Origin: Kiritimatiellia bacterium
Lineage (GTDB): Bacteria > Verrucomicrobiota > Kiritimatiellia > RFP12 > UBA1067
NCBI GenBank assembly: GCA_017652705.1
Contig: JAGCAM010000079.1
Coordinates: forward strand, 11,475-75,474
Length of the DNA: 64,000 nt
Direction of reading: 5' to 3'
Below the pieces are notes generated by a model. The model was not told the DNA's origin. It ran no database searches and worked only from the letters and a program-made list of their open reading frames with translations. Shown in pieces: positions 7,992-17,679 of this stretch. The position numbers and the translations under genes are program-made. The first letter of the stretch is position 1; every line of letters begins with the position of its first letter.

Positions 7992-9929
7992 TCACTTCCC
8001 GGCTGCGGCCAATTCCAGCGCCTGGCGGTAGACGCGGATTTTCGCGACGATCTCGGGCCGCGTCCAATTGATTACGAACGACGGATAGTACTGCCCGGTC
8101 TTGGGCGGGAATATACGGTTGAATTCGGCAAGCGCGGCGTCAAGCCCGGCGGCCGCTTTTTCAAGATCGGCGATTGCCGCCGCAACCTTGCCGACGTCGC
8201 CGCTGGCGAGATATTCCGCCAGCGATTTCAGGCCGCGCTGGTGAAAGGTCATCGCGTCGAGATCGAGCGCCTCGAAACGCGCGCGCCCCGCCTCGGCTGC
8301 CGCCAGCCCGGCGCTCGCGGTTCCCGCGGCGGACGTCGCGAGCGCGTCTGCCGCTTCACGCATCCTCTTCGCGCCGAACCCGAAGTTGCCCACCAGTTCC
8401 GCGCCGCTCTCGCCGCCGCGTTCGGGCATGAACCGGTAGTCGAAATATATATCGTAGGGCAGATTGCAGAACTGCCACGCGCGCAGATACGCCGCGGCGT
8501 TCCCGCTCAGATAATCACGCCACGGGCCGGGATTCTCCGGATCGACCGCAGCGGCGAGACGGGCGGTCAGAGAATCCGGTGTGTGCCCGCCTTCCCACGC
8601 CAGCAGAGACATGGCGAGCATGTTCCAGTCCACCCCCTGCAGTTCGCCGCCTACATGCAGCGACATCCAGCAGGTGATGCCCCCGTCGATGTAGGCGTCG
8701 GCGTCGCCGATCAGCACCTGCGGCAGATAGGGGGTGTGCCCCCGGAAAAGTATCTTGTCGTTGTAGTACTCGAAAGTGTGCGCGTCGTCCACGCCTTCGA
8801 AGCGGCGCTGGTATTCCTTGAGCGCGCGGTGGTAGGTGCGGTTGTGTGCGCACGACGGATCGTTCAGCGCGTGGGCGTAGCAGCGCTCGCGCGGCGCGAA
8901 CAGAAGAAAGCACTCCTTCGCTGGCGCGAACAACTTCGACGGAAACATCGTGTCGTGATAGGCGATGACCGGCACGCGCAGCGACGAGCCGAGCTCCCGC
9001 ACCGCCTCCGCCTCGATATTCATCACCAGCGCGCTCTGGTCGGTGCCGGTGAAAGCGCGGCAGCGCGAACACATGCACCAGCCGCCGCCGGGCAAATCGT
9101 CAGCCCAGGCGTGTATCGCGTGGACCCCCCCGCCGACTGCCGGCTCGAGACGCTTCTTGAAATTGCGCTTCACTATGTCGCGCGTCTTCGGATTCGTCGC
9201 GCAGAAGTTCGAGTCCTTCATCCGCTTGCCGTTGAAATCCTCGGGCTGGAACATGCGGAAGAGTTCGGGTTCTTTGTCGAAAAGTTCTCGCGGCAGACAC
9301 GAGCTCATGCCGTGGCCGCCGGCCTCGGCCCTGAACCCGAGTTTTTTGAGCAGATCCATGCGCTCCGGAACGATGCGCGCGGAGTGCGCGCAGATCGAGT
9401 TGAACTTGAGCTTGGCGAGAAACGCGTACCACTCCTCGACCGTGTACGACACGCAGGCGCTCGACGCGAAAAGCCCGCGTCGTTCAAAACGCGGATTCAC
9501 CGTCTTCACCTCGTCTTTCACCGGCTTCATCCGCCGCGGCACCAGCTCCCCCTTTTCGCCCGGCGCGATAAAGGAGAAGCCGAGTTCTTCGGCGATGGTG
9601 TAGACGCCGTTGAGAACGCCTTTGCCGCACGCAGCGGCGACCGTCACACCGTCTTTGCAGGCACTCTTGACGAACCCGTCGTGGCGCACCGAGGAGACGT
9701 CGCATTGGCGCGGCGCCCCGAGCGACACGGATTCGCCTGCGCCGGCCGCCGTCCGCACCGACGCCTTGACCCCGGCGCGCCCGAGCAGCCGCGCGAGTTC
9801 GCCCGCGGCGTAGTTGGTGAGTTCGCCGCCGGTGGCGGTTATTTCGACCTTTTCAAGCGAGACGGCGTCAAAGGCAGACACCGCCCCCGCCGACAGGGCG
9901 GCGGCAAGGGCGACTGTGATTCTGTTCAT
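7992..9929 (-). CDS. secreted DUF4838-family protein (putative glycoside hydrolase)
   Basis: 645 aa with a signal peptide MNRITVALAAALSAGAVSA. It has WCMCSRC (CxCxxC) and the FNSIC/ATNP blocks shared with the other copies in this window. Confidence 0.8.
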   Translation of the reverse strand: MNRITVALAAALSAGAVSAFDAVSLEKVEITATGGELTNYAAGELARLLGRAGVKASVRTAAGAGESVSLGAPRQCDVSSVRHDGFVKSACKDGVTVAAACGKGVLNGVYTIAEELGFSFIAPGEKGELVPRRMKPVKDEVKTVNPRFERRGLFASSACVSYTVEEWYAFLAKLKFNSICAHSARIVPERMDLLKKLGFRAEAGGHGMSSCLPRELFDKEPELFRMFQPEDFNGKRMKDSNFCATNPKTRDIVKRNFKKRLEPAVGGGVHAIHAWADDLPGGGWCMCSRCRAFTGTDQSALVMNIEAEAVRELGSSLRVPVIAYHDTMFPSKLFAPAKECFLLFAPRERCYAHALNDPSCAHNRTYHRALKEYQRRFEGVDDAHTFEYYNDKILFRGHTPYLPQVLIGDADAYIDGGITCWMSLHVGGELQGVDWNMLAMSLLAWEGGHTPDSLTARLAAAVDPENPGPWRDYLSGNAAAYLRAWQFCNLPYDIYFDYRFMPERGGESGAELVGNFGFGAKRMREAADALATSAAGTASAGLAAAEAGRARFEALDLDAMTFHQRGLKSLAEYLASGDVGKVAAAIADLEKAAAGLDAALAEFNRIFPPKTGQYYPSFVINWTRPEIVAKIRVYRQALELAAAGK

Positions 9930-9951
9930 GTCTTATCTCCCTCAAACTGGT

Positions 9952-10575
9952 TCAGCGGCCGGAAACCCAGCCCGCGATGTCGGTCTCCGAAGCATCGGTG
10001 AGGTTTTTCGGGGTCTCGAAAGTCGCCCCCGGCGCCGACGGTTTCAGGTAATCCAGAGTTTTCCCGGCGCCGCTGCCGCCGCTCGTGAAGAACGGCACGA
10101 TTTTCTTTCCCTTCAAGTCGTGGGCCTCGAGAAAGGTGTTGACGACTGTCGGCGCGACGTACCACCATATCGGAAAACCGAGATAGACGACGTCGTAATC
10201 TGCGATGTCGGCGATTCTGGTTTTGACGGCCGGCCGCGACTTCTTGTCGTTCATCTCCACCGAAGATCGGCTCTGTTTGTTGTGCCAGTCGAGGTCTTCC
10301 CTGTTGTAGGGCTTCTCGGGGGTGATTTCGACAAGTCTGCCCCCGGTCGCTTTGGCGACGAGCGCGGCTTTTGCCTTGGTGGTGCCGGTGGCGGAAAAAT
10401 AGGCGACGAGTGTTTTCATTTTCTTTCCTTTCACTTCTTTGCCGGCGGCCGGAGCGCCTCCCGCCGCCGGCGGTTCTTTTTCAGCCCCGTTTACGTCGTT
10501 CCCGCCTGAACCGCCGCAGCCTGCCAGCGCCGCGGCCGACACCGCGAAAACAAATTCTTTTCTGCTTAGTTTCAT
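9952..10575 (-). CDS. flavodoxin-family lipoprotein
   Basis: 207 aa with lipobox ALAGCGG, a Gly/Ala/Pro linker, then KTLVAYFSATGTTK and YLGFPIWW. An SD GGAGGAG lies upstream. Confidence 0.8.
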   Translation of the reverse strand: MKLSRKEFVFAVSAAALAGCGGSGGNDVNGAEKEPPAAGGAPAAGKEVKGKKMKTLVAYFSATGTTKAKAALVAKATGGRLVEITPEKPYNREDLDWHNKQSRSSVEMNDKKSRPAVKTRIADIADYDVVYLGFPIWWYVAPTVVNTFLEAHDLKGKKIVPFFTSGGSGAGKTLDYLKPSAPGATFETPKNLTDASETDIAGWVSGR

Positions 10576-10604
10576 CTGACTTCTCCTCCGGTTTTACTGA
10601 GTGT

Positions 10605-10613
10605 ATTATATCA
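10605..10613 (-). promoter_or_regulatory. extended -10 box TGATATAAT for the flavodoxin gene (leader about 20 nt, with SD)
   Basis: The reverse complement of attatatca is TGATATAAT. Confidence 0.55.
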
Positions 10614-11004
10614 TTGTCTGCGGCCTGAAATCAACACCAGTCGGCTTTCGGCAAGGAAAAACCCGAGGATCACCGTCCAGTACACGGTAAGCCCGGTATA
10701 GGCGCAGACCTCGTCCCTCCGCTCCCCGACGAGGACGACGAGAAGCGGGTTCAGGACCTTGCGGATCGGCTCGATGAAGCCCCTGAACGCCTTCATCGCC
10801 TCCGCCCATGCCGAGCGCAAACAGCATCGTGACGCGCGAAGCCAGATGCTGCCAGAACGCGGGCTCCGGTCCGCGCAGGATATCAAGGCAGAAAAGCCGC
10901 CCCGCCGGATAGCTGTGGGGCCGGGGAAAGACCGACGGAACCACGCCCTGCCCCATTCCAGAAATCCGGCCCCCGGCCATGTCGCGGCTCCGGGCTTTCG
11001 ACAT
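10606..11004 (-). pseudogene. frameshifted remnant of a membrane acyltransferase (acyltransferase_3/DUF1624-like)
   Basis: Two overlapping frames are involved. One carries RLFCLDILRG..MLFALGMGG (the R-x3-LD-x-LRG N-terminal signature). The other carries hydrophobic LNPLLVVLVG...YWTVILGFFL. No intact ORF exists. Confidence 0.35.
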
Positions 11005-11081
11005 TTACCCGGTAGTTTTCTGCATGGTATTCCTTTTCGCTTGCAAACATTCCAGGTGTCATGCCGGTTTCCCGGAGCTGT

Positions 11082-11834
11082 CTATGAACGTTTCTTCCCG
11101 CCGACGGCGGAAAGAAGCATTGCGGTCAGCCAGCCGGGCAGCGGGCGGTCGTGGTTCAGCATTTTTTCGATGTAATCCTTGAAATCGAACCGCAGCTCCC
11201 GGAAATCCAGCTCGCCGGCCCGGTCGTCGTAGATGCAGTATGTCGTCACCATGTCGTTGCGCGGGTAGCCGACCGAACCGAGATTCACCAGATACCGCCA
11301 CCCGTCGCGGATTTTGAACGATCGCGGCTTCCAGCGCTTGATCACCCCTTTGGGGCTGCGCAGAAAAATCTCTGCGTGGTGGAGATGCCCGACGAACAGC
11401 AGTCTTTCAGGGGTGGCGTTGAACGAAAGGGATGCATCGTAGAGATCCATGATGTAGTTAAAATCGGCGGGGCTGGTGAAGTCGCCGTGCGCACAGGCGA
11501 AATCTCCGTTGGACCAGCTGACCGGGCGTTTGCGCAGCCAGGCGACATCCGGGGCAGAAAGGAGCTTACGGTCGAGGCGGTCGATGTCGTAGTTGGGGTT
11601 GACGCGCATCTCCACGGTCTGGCTCCGGGCCACGCAAACTTCGTCGTGGTTGCCGAGCAGCGCCACCGAAGCGCACTTGCGCAGGGCCGCCACGCACGCC
11701 GGAGCGTCATAGCCGTAACCGGTCGCATCGCCGCAGAAAATCCACTTGTCCACGCCACGCGCGGATCCGTCGGCAAGCACGGTTTCAAGCGCCCGGAAAT
11801 TTCCGTGAACGTCTGAAATGACGCCGTATTTCAC
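11082..11834 (-). CDS. metallophosphoesterase (calcineurin-like, YfcE/MJ0936-type)
   Basis: 250 aa with DVHGN, GDATGYG, GNHD and GHLH motifs. It has a GTG start in a GTGA overlap with the clpC stop. Confidence 0.85.
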   Translation of the reverse strand: MKYGVISDVHGNFRALETVLADGSARGVDKWIFCGDATGYGYDAPACVAALRKCASVALLGNHDEVCVARSQTVEMRVNPNYDIDRLDRKLLSAPDVAWLRKRPVSWSNGDFACAHGDFTSPADFNYIMDLYDASLSFNATPERLLFVGHLHHAEIFLRSPKGVIKRWKPRSFKIRDGWRYLVNLGSVGYPRNDMVTTYCIYDDRAGELDFRELRFDFKDYIEKMLNHDRPLPGWLTAMLLSAVGGKKRS

Positions 11835-14302
11835 TTAGCCTTCCCCGCCCGGCGGAAAACCAGGGCGGCTCCGTCTTTGGCGAGTCTGGCGCGCATCCGC
11901 GCCCCGGCTTTGCCGGAGAGCACAAGATCGGCGAGAGGATCTTCCACGAAATCCTGAACCACCCTGCGCAGCGGGCGGGCGCCGAGCGCAGGATCGTAGC
12001 CTTTTTCAATCAGAAAATCCGCCGCCTTGTCGTCGAGAGTAAACGTGATGTGCGCGTTTTTAAGCCGCGCCTGGAGTCCGGCGAGTTCAAGTTCGAGTAT
12101 GCGCCGCAGATCGGCCTTTTCGAGTTTTTTGAAGACGACTGTCTCGTCGAACCGGTTGAGGAGCTCCGGTCGGAAAGCCCGCTTCGCCTCGCCGAGCATT
12201 TTTTCTTTCAGCACGTCGTAGCTCGTCTCGGCGGTGTCTTTGGCGAAACCGAGCGTGTGGCCTTCGCGGGCGAAATCGAACCCGAGGTTGGCGGTGCAGA
12301 TCACGATGGTGTTTCTGAAGTCGATCATCCGGCCCTGGCCGTCGGTGAGGCGGCCTTCGTCGAGAATCTGCAGCAGCATGTTGCAGACGTCGGAATTAGC
12401 CTTCTCGAATTCGTCGAACAGCACGACCGAATAGGGCCGGCGGCGCACTTTCTCGGTGAGCTGGCCGCCTTCGTCGTAGCCGACGTAACCCGGGGGGGCG
12501 CCGACGAGGCGCGAGGAGGAGTATTTTTCCTGGAATTCAGACATGTCCAGCGCGATCAGCGCCTTGGAGTCGCCGTAAACGCGTTCGGCGAGCATCTTGG
12601 CGAGATGGGTTTTGCCGACGCCGGTCGGTCCGAGAAAGAGAAATGATCCGATCGGGCGCTTCGGGTCGGACATCAGCGCGCGGCTGCGGCGGAGCGCCCT
12701 GGCGATGGCGTTAACCGCCGGTGTCTGCCCGACCACCACTTCACCGAGGGCTTTTTCCATGCCGAGCAGTTTTTCGGCGGTGGTGGCGCACATCTTCTCG
12801 ACGGGCACGCCGCTCATCGAAGAAACGGTTTCTGCGACGTCCTTCTCGCCGATCTCGATGACCTCTTCGGCGTGGGTCTCCTTCCATTTGGCGAGCGCCG
12901 CTTCGAATTCTTCGCAGGCGCTGCGGATGGCGTCGCGGTACTGCGCCGCGGAATCGAAGTCGCCTTTCGCGACGACCTGTTCCTTACGGCCGCGCAAGGT
13001 GTCGATGCGGGCCTGCATTTCGGTGAGTTTCTTCGGACGGGCGCTTGCGCCGGCTCGCAGTCTGGCGCCGGTTTCATCCACCGCGTCGATCGCCTTGTCG
13101 GGCAGCTGGCGCGCCGGCAGGTAGCGCGCGGTGAGCTCCACCGCCGCGCGGATCGCCTGCGGCGTGTAGGCGACGGAATGGTATTCGGAATACTTGGGGG
13201 CGATGCCTTCGATGATGCCGACGGCTTCGACGACGGTCGGTTCGTCGACCTGCACCGACTGGAACCGGCGTTCCAGCGCGGCGTCGCGCTCTATGGACTT
13301 GTGGTATTCTTTGAGGGTGGTGGCGCCGACGCACTGCAGTTCGCCGCGAGCGAGCGCGGGTTTGAGGATGTTCGCCGCGTCCATGGCGCCCTCGGCGCCG
13401 CCGGCGCCGACCATGGTGTGTATTTCGTCGAGGAAAAGGATGATGTTGGCGCTGCGCTTCGTTTCGTCGATTATCTTCTTGAGCCGCTCTTCGAACTGGC
13501 CGCGGTACTGGGTGCCGGCCACGACGCGGGCCATGTCGAGCGCCACCACGCGCTTGTTCTGCATCTTTTCGGGCACCTCGCCGCGATGCACCGCCTGGGC
13601 GAGACCCTCGACGACGGCGGTTTTGCCGACGCCGGCCTCGCCGATCAGCACGGCGTTGTTTTTGGTGCGGCGCGAGAGAATCTGAATTATGCGTCTGAGT
13701 TCTTTCTCCCTGCCGATCACGGGATCGAGTTTCCCCTGCCTGGCGAGTTCGGTGAGGTCGCGCCCGTAGGCGTTGACCGTCGGCGTTTTCTGGGCCTTGC
13801 CGTTCGCCCCGGGGCGGGCGTCGCGCACATCTTCATCGGCCTCGCGGCGCTCCGGCGTTTCGTCGCCGCGGCGGTCGCCGCCCTGGCTGCCGGCGGCGAT
13901 GAACTTGTCGGCGGTGACACCGGCGTTGAACAGCAGCTGCGCGGCGGCGTTGTCCCCTTCACGGAGCATCGCGAGCACGAGATGCGCGGTGCCCACCGGT
14001 CTGCCGTCGCCGGCGTCCAGCGCGGCCATGTCGAGTATTTTTCTCGTGCGCGCCGTGAGCGGCAGCTGCCCCCGCTGCAGAATGCCCTCGGCGCCGCCGG
14101 AAATCATCGACTTCGCCGACTCGGCGAGATCTTCGAGCGCCAGCCCCAGCGTCACCAGCCGTCGGCAGGCTTCGCACTGCGGTATCGCGATTATGGAAAG
14201 AAAGATGTGCTCCGCGCCGATATGGTCGTGGCCGAACTGACGGGCGCAGCTGGACGACGCGTTCAACGCGTCGACGGCGTGCTTTGTGAAAACCACCTTC
14301 AC
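11831..14302 (-). CDS. clpC: ATP-dependent Clp protease ATP-binding subunit ClpC
   Basis: 823 aa with Clp_N repeats, Walker A GEAGVGKT (D1) and GPTGVGKT (D2), and a short UVR-like linker ([12 protein letters not shown]). It has a GTG start in a GTGA overlap with the upstream stop. Confidence 0.92.
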   Translation of the reverse strand: MKVVFTKHAVDALNASSSCARQFGHDHIGAEHIFLSIIAIPQCEACRRLVTLGLALEDLAESAKSMISGGAEGILQRGQLPLTARTRKILDMAALDAGDGRPVGTAHLVLAMLREGDNAAAQLLFNAGVTADKFIAAGSQGGDRRGDETPERREADEDVRDARPGANGKAQKTPTVNAYGRDLTELARQGKLDPVIGREKELRRIIQILSRRTKNNAVLIGEAGVGKTAVVEGLAQAVHRGEVPEKMQNKRVVALDMARVVAGTQYRGQFEERLKKIIDETKRSANIILFLDEIHTMVGAGGAEGAMDAANILKPALARGELQCVGATTLKEYHKSIERDAALERRFQSVQVDEPTVVEAVGIIEGIAPKYSEYHSVAYTPQAIRAAVELTARYLPARQLPDKAIDAVDETGARLRAGASARPKKLTEMQARIDTLRGRKEQVVAKGDFDSAAQYRDAIRSACEEFEAALAKWKETHAEEVIEIGEKDVAETVSSMSGVPVEKMCATTAEKLLGMEKALGEVVVGQTPAVNAIARALRRSRALMSDPKRPIGSFLFLGPTGVGKTHLAKMLAERVYGDSKALIALDMSEFQEKYSSSRLVGAPPGYVGYDEGGQLTEKVRRRPYSVVLFDEFEKANSDVCNMLLQILDEGRLTDGQGRMIDFRNTIVICTANLGFDFAREGHTLGFAKDTAETSYDVLKEKMLGEAKRAFRPELLNRFDETVVFKKLEKADLRRILELELAGLQARLKNAHITFTLDDKAADFLIEKGYDPALGARPLRRVVQDFVEDPLADLVLSGKAGARMRARLAKDGAALVFRRAGKAK

Positions 14303-15183
14303 AGGAACTTATCCTCCGCGCGCTCGTTCAGCACCACGTCTTCGAACCGGCGGTTCATCTCGTCGGCGCGCTCGGCGTCGATTTTATCCCGGTCTTCGGA
14401 TTCGAGTTTATCCTCCGAACCGCTCAGATCAACCGCTGCGAGCATCCTCTCGATTTCGTCGCCGGTGATGCCGTCGAGCATCTCTTCGGCGGCGGCGATT
14501 CTGAGCGGGGAGAGCAGATCGAAATATTCACCCGGCGACAGCAGCCGGCAGTTCTTCATGACCGCCAGCGCGCGGCAGAGCGAATCGCCCAGCACCCGCG
14601 GCATCTCCTCGAAAAGCCGCACCCGGGCGTTGCGTTCCTCCCGGAGCAGATCTTCGACGACGCGTTTCGCCCGGTCTTCCGGACCTGAATAGCGCAGCGA
14701 GAAAACGTGACCGGCGTCGTTCACCCCGTCGGCGTCTACCCCGGCGAGTTCCATCTTCAAAGCCCTCGCGGCGCGTTTTACCGCATCCAGCTCGCCGATG
14801 AGATGAAGCGCCTCGAGATGCAGCCGCCCGCCGATCAGGTACGCTGGATCCACCCCGGCTAGGGAATAGTCGCGGTATTCAGGCCTTTTCTCCTCTTTAG
14901 AAGCCCGCGCGGCCTTCTCCAGATCGGAAACCATGTCCTGAAAAGCGTTCATGATCGCTCCGATGATCTGGGGAGGCGCTTCACCCCCGTCCACCGGCGC
15001 CGAGATTTCGGTGACAGACATCGACACTTCACCGCCGGCACCCTTTACCTTTCTGGTGCGTTGGCTCTTCTTCTGCCGGCGCTGCCGCTCCGCCGCGGCG
15101 CAGGCGCGGCAGACGTAAAGCTCGTTGTCGTCGCTGCCAATCGCCGTCTCGGCGTCGGATTTATGACACAGTTCGCATTTCAT
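14299..15183 (-). CDS. zinc-ribbon protein with a McsB C-terminal-like region; candidate ClpC adaptor
   Basis: 294 aa with an N-terminal CxxC-x18-CxxC (MKCELCHKSD...YVCRACAAAE), as in McsA. By eye, the C-terminal third (REERNARVRL...CRALAVMKNCRLLSPGEYFDLLSPLRIA...EDRDKIDAERA) aligns with the McsB dimerisation domain. I see no NEEDH or CPTNxGT kinase motifs. Confidence 0.75.
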   Translation of the reverse strand: MKCELCHKSDAETAIGSDDNELYVCRACAAAERQRRQKKSQRTRKVKGAGGEVSMSVTEISAPVDGGEAPPQIIGAIMNAFQDMVSDLEKAARASKEEKRPEYRDYSLAGVDPAYLIGGRLHLEALHLIGELDAVKRAARALKMELAGVDADGVNDAGHVFSLRYSGPEDRAKRVVEDLLREERNARVRLFEEMPRVLGDSLCRALAVMKNCRLLSPGEYFDLLSPLRIAAAEEMLDGITGDEIERMLAAVDLSGSEDKLESEDRDKIDAERADEMNRRFEDVVLNERAEDKFL

Positions 15184-15191
15184 GGATGTGT

Positions 15192-15200
15192 ATTATATCA
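15192..15200 (-). promoter_or_regulatory. extended -10 box TGATATAAT, 8 nt from the ATG at 15183 (leaderless candidate)
   Basis: The reverse complement of attatatca is TGATATAAT. Confidence 0.55.
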
Positions 15201-15235
15201 AATATTGCATCCGCTTGCCTTCCCGCGCCGCCACC

Positions 15236-16732
15236 TCACGCCATCGGGTCTGGCGAAAACTCACCCTGCATCATGTCAGGCTCGGGCTCAGACGATTTAA
15301 AGTTCTCCACCCCTTCGCCGCGGTCCGGCTCGCGGTCGAGAAACCTCACGTATTCGCGCAGAAAGGTCAATTTCACTTCGCCGGTTTCACCGTTTCTGTT
15401 CTTGGCGATGTCAACATACGCGAGGGTGGCGTCGCCGCATTCGGGATCGTTGGCGTTGCGCGCCGGGCGGCGGAGCAGAAAGACGACGTCGGCGTCCTGC
15501 TCGATCGCGCCGGAATCGCGCAGATCGGAGAGTTTGGGTTTTTCGAACTTGTCTCCGCGCTGCACGGTGGCTCGGGAAAGCTGCGAAAGCACGATCACCG
15601 GCACCTGCAGCTCCTTGGCCATCGCCTTGATCTGCTGCGAAATCATCGCGACCTCGATCTGCCGCCCCTGCCTCGCGCCTTCGCGGCAGCAGCACAGCTG
15701 CAGATAGTCGATGACGATTAGCTCGATGCCGAACCGTTTCTTCATCCGGCGGGCCCGTGCGCGCAGATCCATCACGTCAAGACCCGCGGCGTCATCCACG
15801 TAAATGGGCGACGACTTCAAAACGCCCAGCGCCCCCATGAGCTGTTCGGTCAGCCGCTGTTTCTCGCTCCGCGCCACCAGTTCGCGGTTCAACCGCCACA
15901 TGTTGATGCGCGCTCGCCCGGCCAGCATCCGCTTCGTGAGCTGCACCACGGGCATCTCCAGCGAAAAAACGGCCACCGGGTGTTTTTTGCCGCCGTCGTA
16001 CTTGACCGGCATGTCGTTCATCGCCATGCCCGTCGCGCAGCTCTCGGCGATGTTCATCGCCAGCGACGTCTTGCCCATCGACGGACGCGCCGCAATCACG
16101 ATCATTTCGCCGGGCTTCAACCCCTGAAGAACTTCGTCGAGATACTTGTAGCCGGTTGAAAGCCCTTCCATCAGTTTGCCGCCGGACTCGAACAGCCTGT
16201 CGATGCGGTTGAAACTTTCCTGCACCGCGTCCGGCCACGGCATGGTTTCACCGGCGGAACCGCCGATTTCGAGAAAGGACTTCTCCGCCTCGCCCAGCAC
16301 GACCTGCGGGTCGGGGTACTCGCCTTCGTCATAGCACTTTTTGACCACGTCGGTGGCCCGCTCGATCATCACGCGGCGCAGATATTTGGCCCGCAGTATG
16401 CCGATGTAATGCTCCGCGTGCGCCGTCGTCGGCACCTGGTCGATAAGCGACTGGATGTAACCGACCCCGCCGATCGCCTCGAGCCGGCCGTCTCCGCGCA
16501 ACTCTTCGATAAGCACAAGCGCGTCGATCGGCTTTGCTTCGACGCTCATCTTCAGAATGGCGGAATATATGGTCTGGTTCGCCGGATTGAAAAACGCTTC
16601 GGGCACTATCCCGCGCGTGCGGCATTCATCAAGCACGTGTTCATCGCCGTGGGTGGTGGCGTCAAGAAGGATGGACCCTAGAACCGCCCTTTCGGCGGCG
16701 GGGTTGTTCGGTGGTGCTTTCAAATCTTCCAT
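15236..16732 (-). CDS. dnaB: replicative DNA helicase DnaB
   Basis: The start is reset to MEDLKAPPNNPAAERAVLGSILLD (ATG at 16732), behind a TGGTATAAT box. It has Walker A RPSMGKTS and RecA-like C-terminal motifs. Confidence 0.92.
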   Translation of the reverse strand: MEDLKAPPNNPAAERAVLGSILLDATTHGDEHVLDECRTRGIVPEAFFNPANQTIYSAILKMSVEAKPIDALVLIEELRGDGRLEAIGGVGYIQSLIDQVPTTAHAEHYIGILRAKYLRRVMIERATDVVKKCYDEGEYPDPQVVLGEAEKSFLEIGGSAGETMPWPDAVQESFNRIDRLFESGGKLMEGLSTGYKYLDEVLQGLKPGEMIVIAARPSMGKTSLAMNIAESCATGMAMNDMPVKYDGGKKHPVAVFSLEMPVVQLTKRMLAGRARINMWRLNRELVARSEKQRLTEQLMGALGVLKSSPIYVDDAAGLDVMDLRARARRMKKRFGIELIVIDYLQLCCCREGARQGRQIEVAMISQQIKAMAKELQVPVIVLSQLSRATVQRGDKFEKPKLSDLRDSGAIEQDADVVFLLRRPARNANDPECGDATLAYVDIAKNRNGETGEVKLTFLREYVRFLDREPDRGEGVENFKSSEPEPDMMQGEFSPDPMA

Positions 16733-16739
16733 GCCGCAG

Positions 16740-16748
16740 ATTATACCA
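16740..16748 (-). promoter_or_regulatory. extended -10 box TGGTATAAT, 7 nt from the dnaB ATG (leaderless candidate)
   Basis: The reverse complement of attatacca is TGGTATAAT. Confidence 0.55.
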
Positions 16749-16887
16749 GAAAAAAACCTTCTGCGCCGAATGCGTTGTCTACACATGTCTACCGCTGTAA
16801 ACAGCTTGTGAACAACCGGTCGCCGGGGAGGGAGCGGATGGCAATTGGCGGATTATTCACCACGCCGATTGTCTCGTCCCGGTGAAA

Positions 16888-17679
16888 TCAGTAGACGACC
16901 GTGCAACTGACGAGATCGTGGTCGCTCAAATCGCCGGCGGGCATGAAACGCGCGTCTTTAAAGTCCATGCCTTTAATCATGATGTTGTCCAGCGGAGATT
17001 TCGGATTGTTCGAGGGGTAAGTCGGCGTGGCGTCGCCGTTGACCAGTTTGTAGCCGGCTTTCATGAATACGTCGTATTCTTCCCAGAAGCCGATGTTGAA
17101 GTCGCCGGAGATTATCACCCGCGGCTCGTTGCGGAAATCGTCGATCAGTTTCTTCATCTGGAGTTTGCGGTCGTCTTCGTGGCCGGTCTTGAAGGTGGTC
17201 CAGTCAAGGTGCGTCTGCACCGCCCAGAACGGTTCGGCGCCGGACGGCTTGAGTTTAATCGCGAGGTAGTACACCCGCTGGTCGTGTTGCGGATACTCGA
17301 CGATTTTGGTCTCGGCGATTTCGAAACCGTTCAGGCAGAATGCGTTCCACTGATAATCATGGCCCGGCCCTTTGACGCATTTGCTGTAGCGGCCGAAAAC
17401 CGCCGCTTCGGACGAGATTCCGCCGCAGGTTGTGAACGCCTCGGAGAATTCGCAGACGCCGAGCACCTGCGCACCGACCTTGTCGAGGAAATCCCTGTAC
17501 GCCCGTCCGCGTTCGCCTGCCTGTTCCGGCGGAATGGTGGAGGCTCTGGATCGTCCCCATGCAAAATGGCCGATGTTCCAGCTCGCGTAGGTGAATTCAC
17601 CGGATTTCGGAACGCTCGAACAGCCAGCCGCCGCAAGGCACATGGCGGCGAAACCGATTTTGGCGAATGCAGGCTTCAT
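16888..17679 (-). CDS. endonuclease/exonuclease/phosphatase (EEP) family lipoprotein
   Basis: 263 aa with lipobox AAAGCSS, SWNIGHF near the N-terminus and SDHDLV near the C-terminus. It has an ATGA overlap with the upstream gene. Confidence 0.8.
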   Translation of the reverse strand: MKPAFAKIGFAAMCLAAAGCSSVPKSGEFTYASWNIGHFAWGRSRASTIPPEQAGERGRAYRDFLDKVGAQVLGVCEFSEAFTTCGGISSEAAVFGRYSKCVKGPGHDYQWNAFCLNGFEIAETKIVEYPQHDQRVYYLAIKLKPSGAEPFWAVQTHLDWTTFKTGHEDDRKLQMKKLIDDFRNEPRVIISGDFNIGFWEEYDVFMKAGYKLVNGDATPTYPSNNPKSPLDNIMIKGMDFKDARFMPAGDLSDHDLVSCTVVY

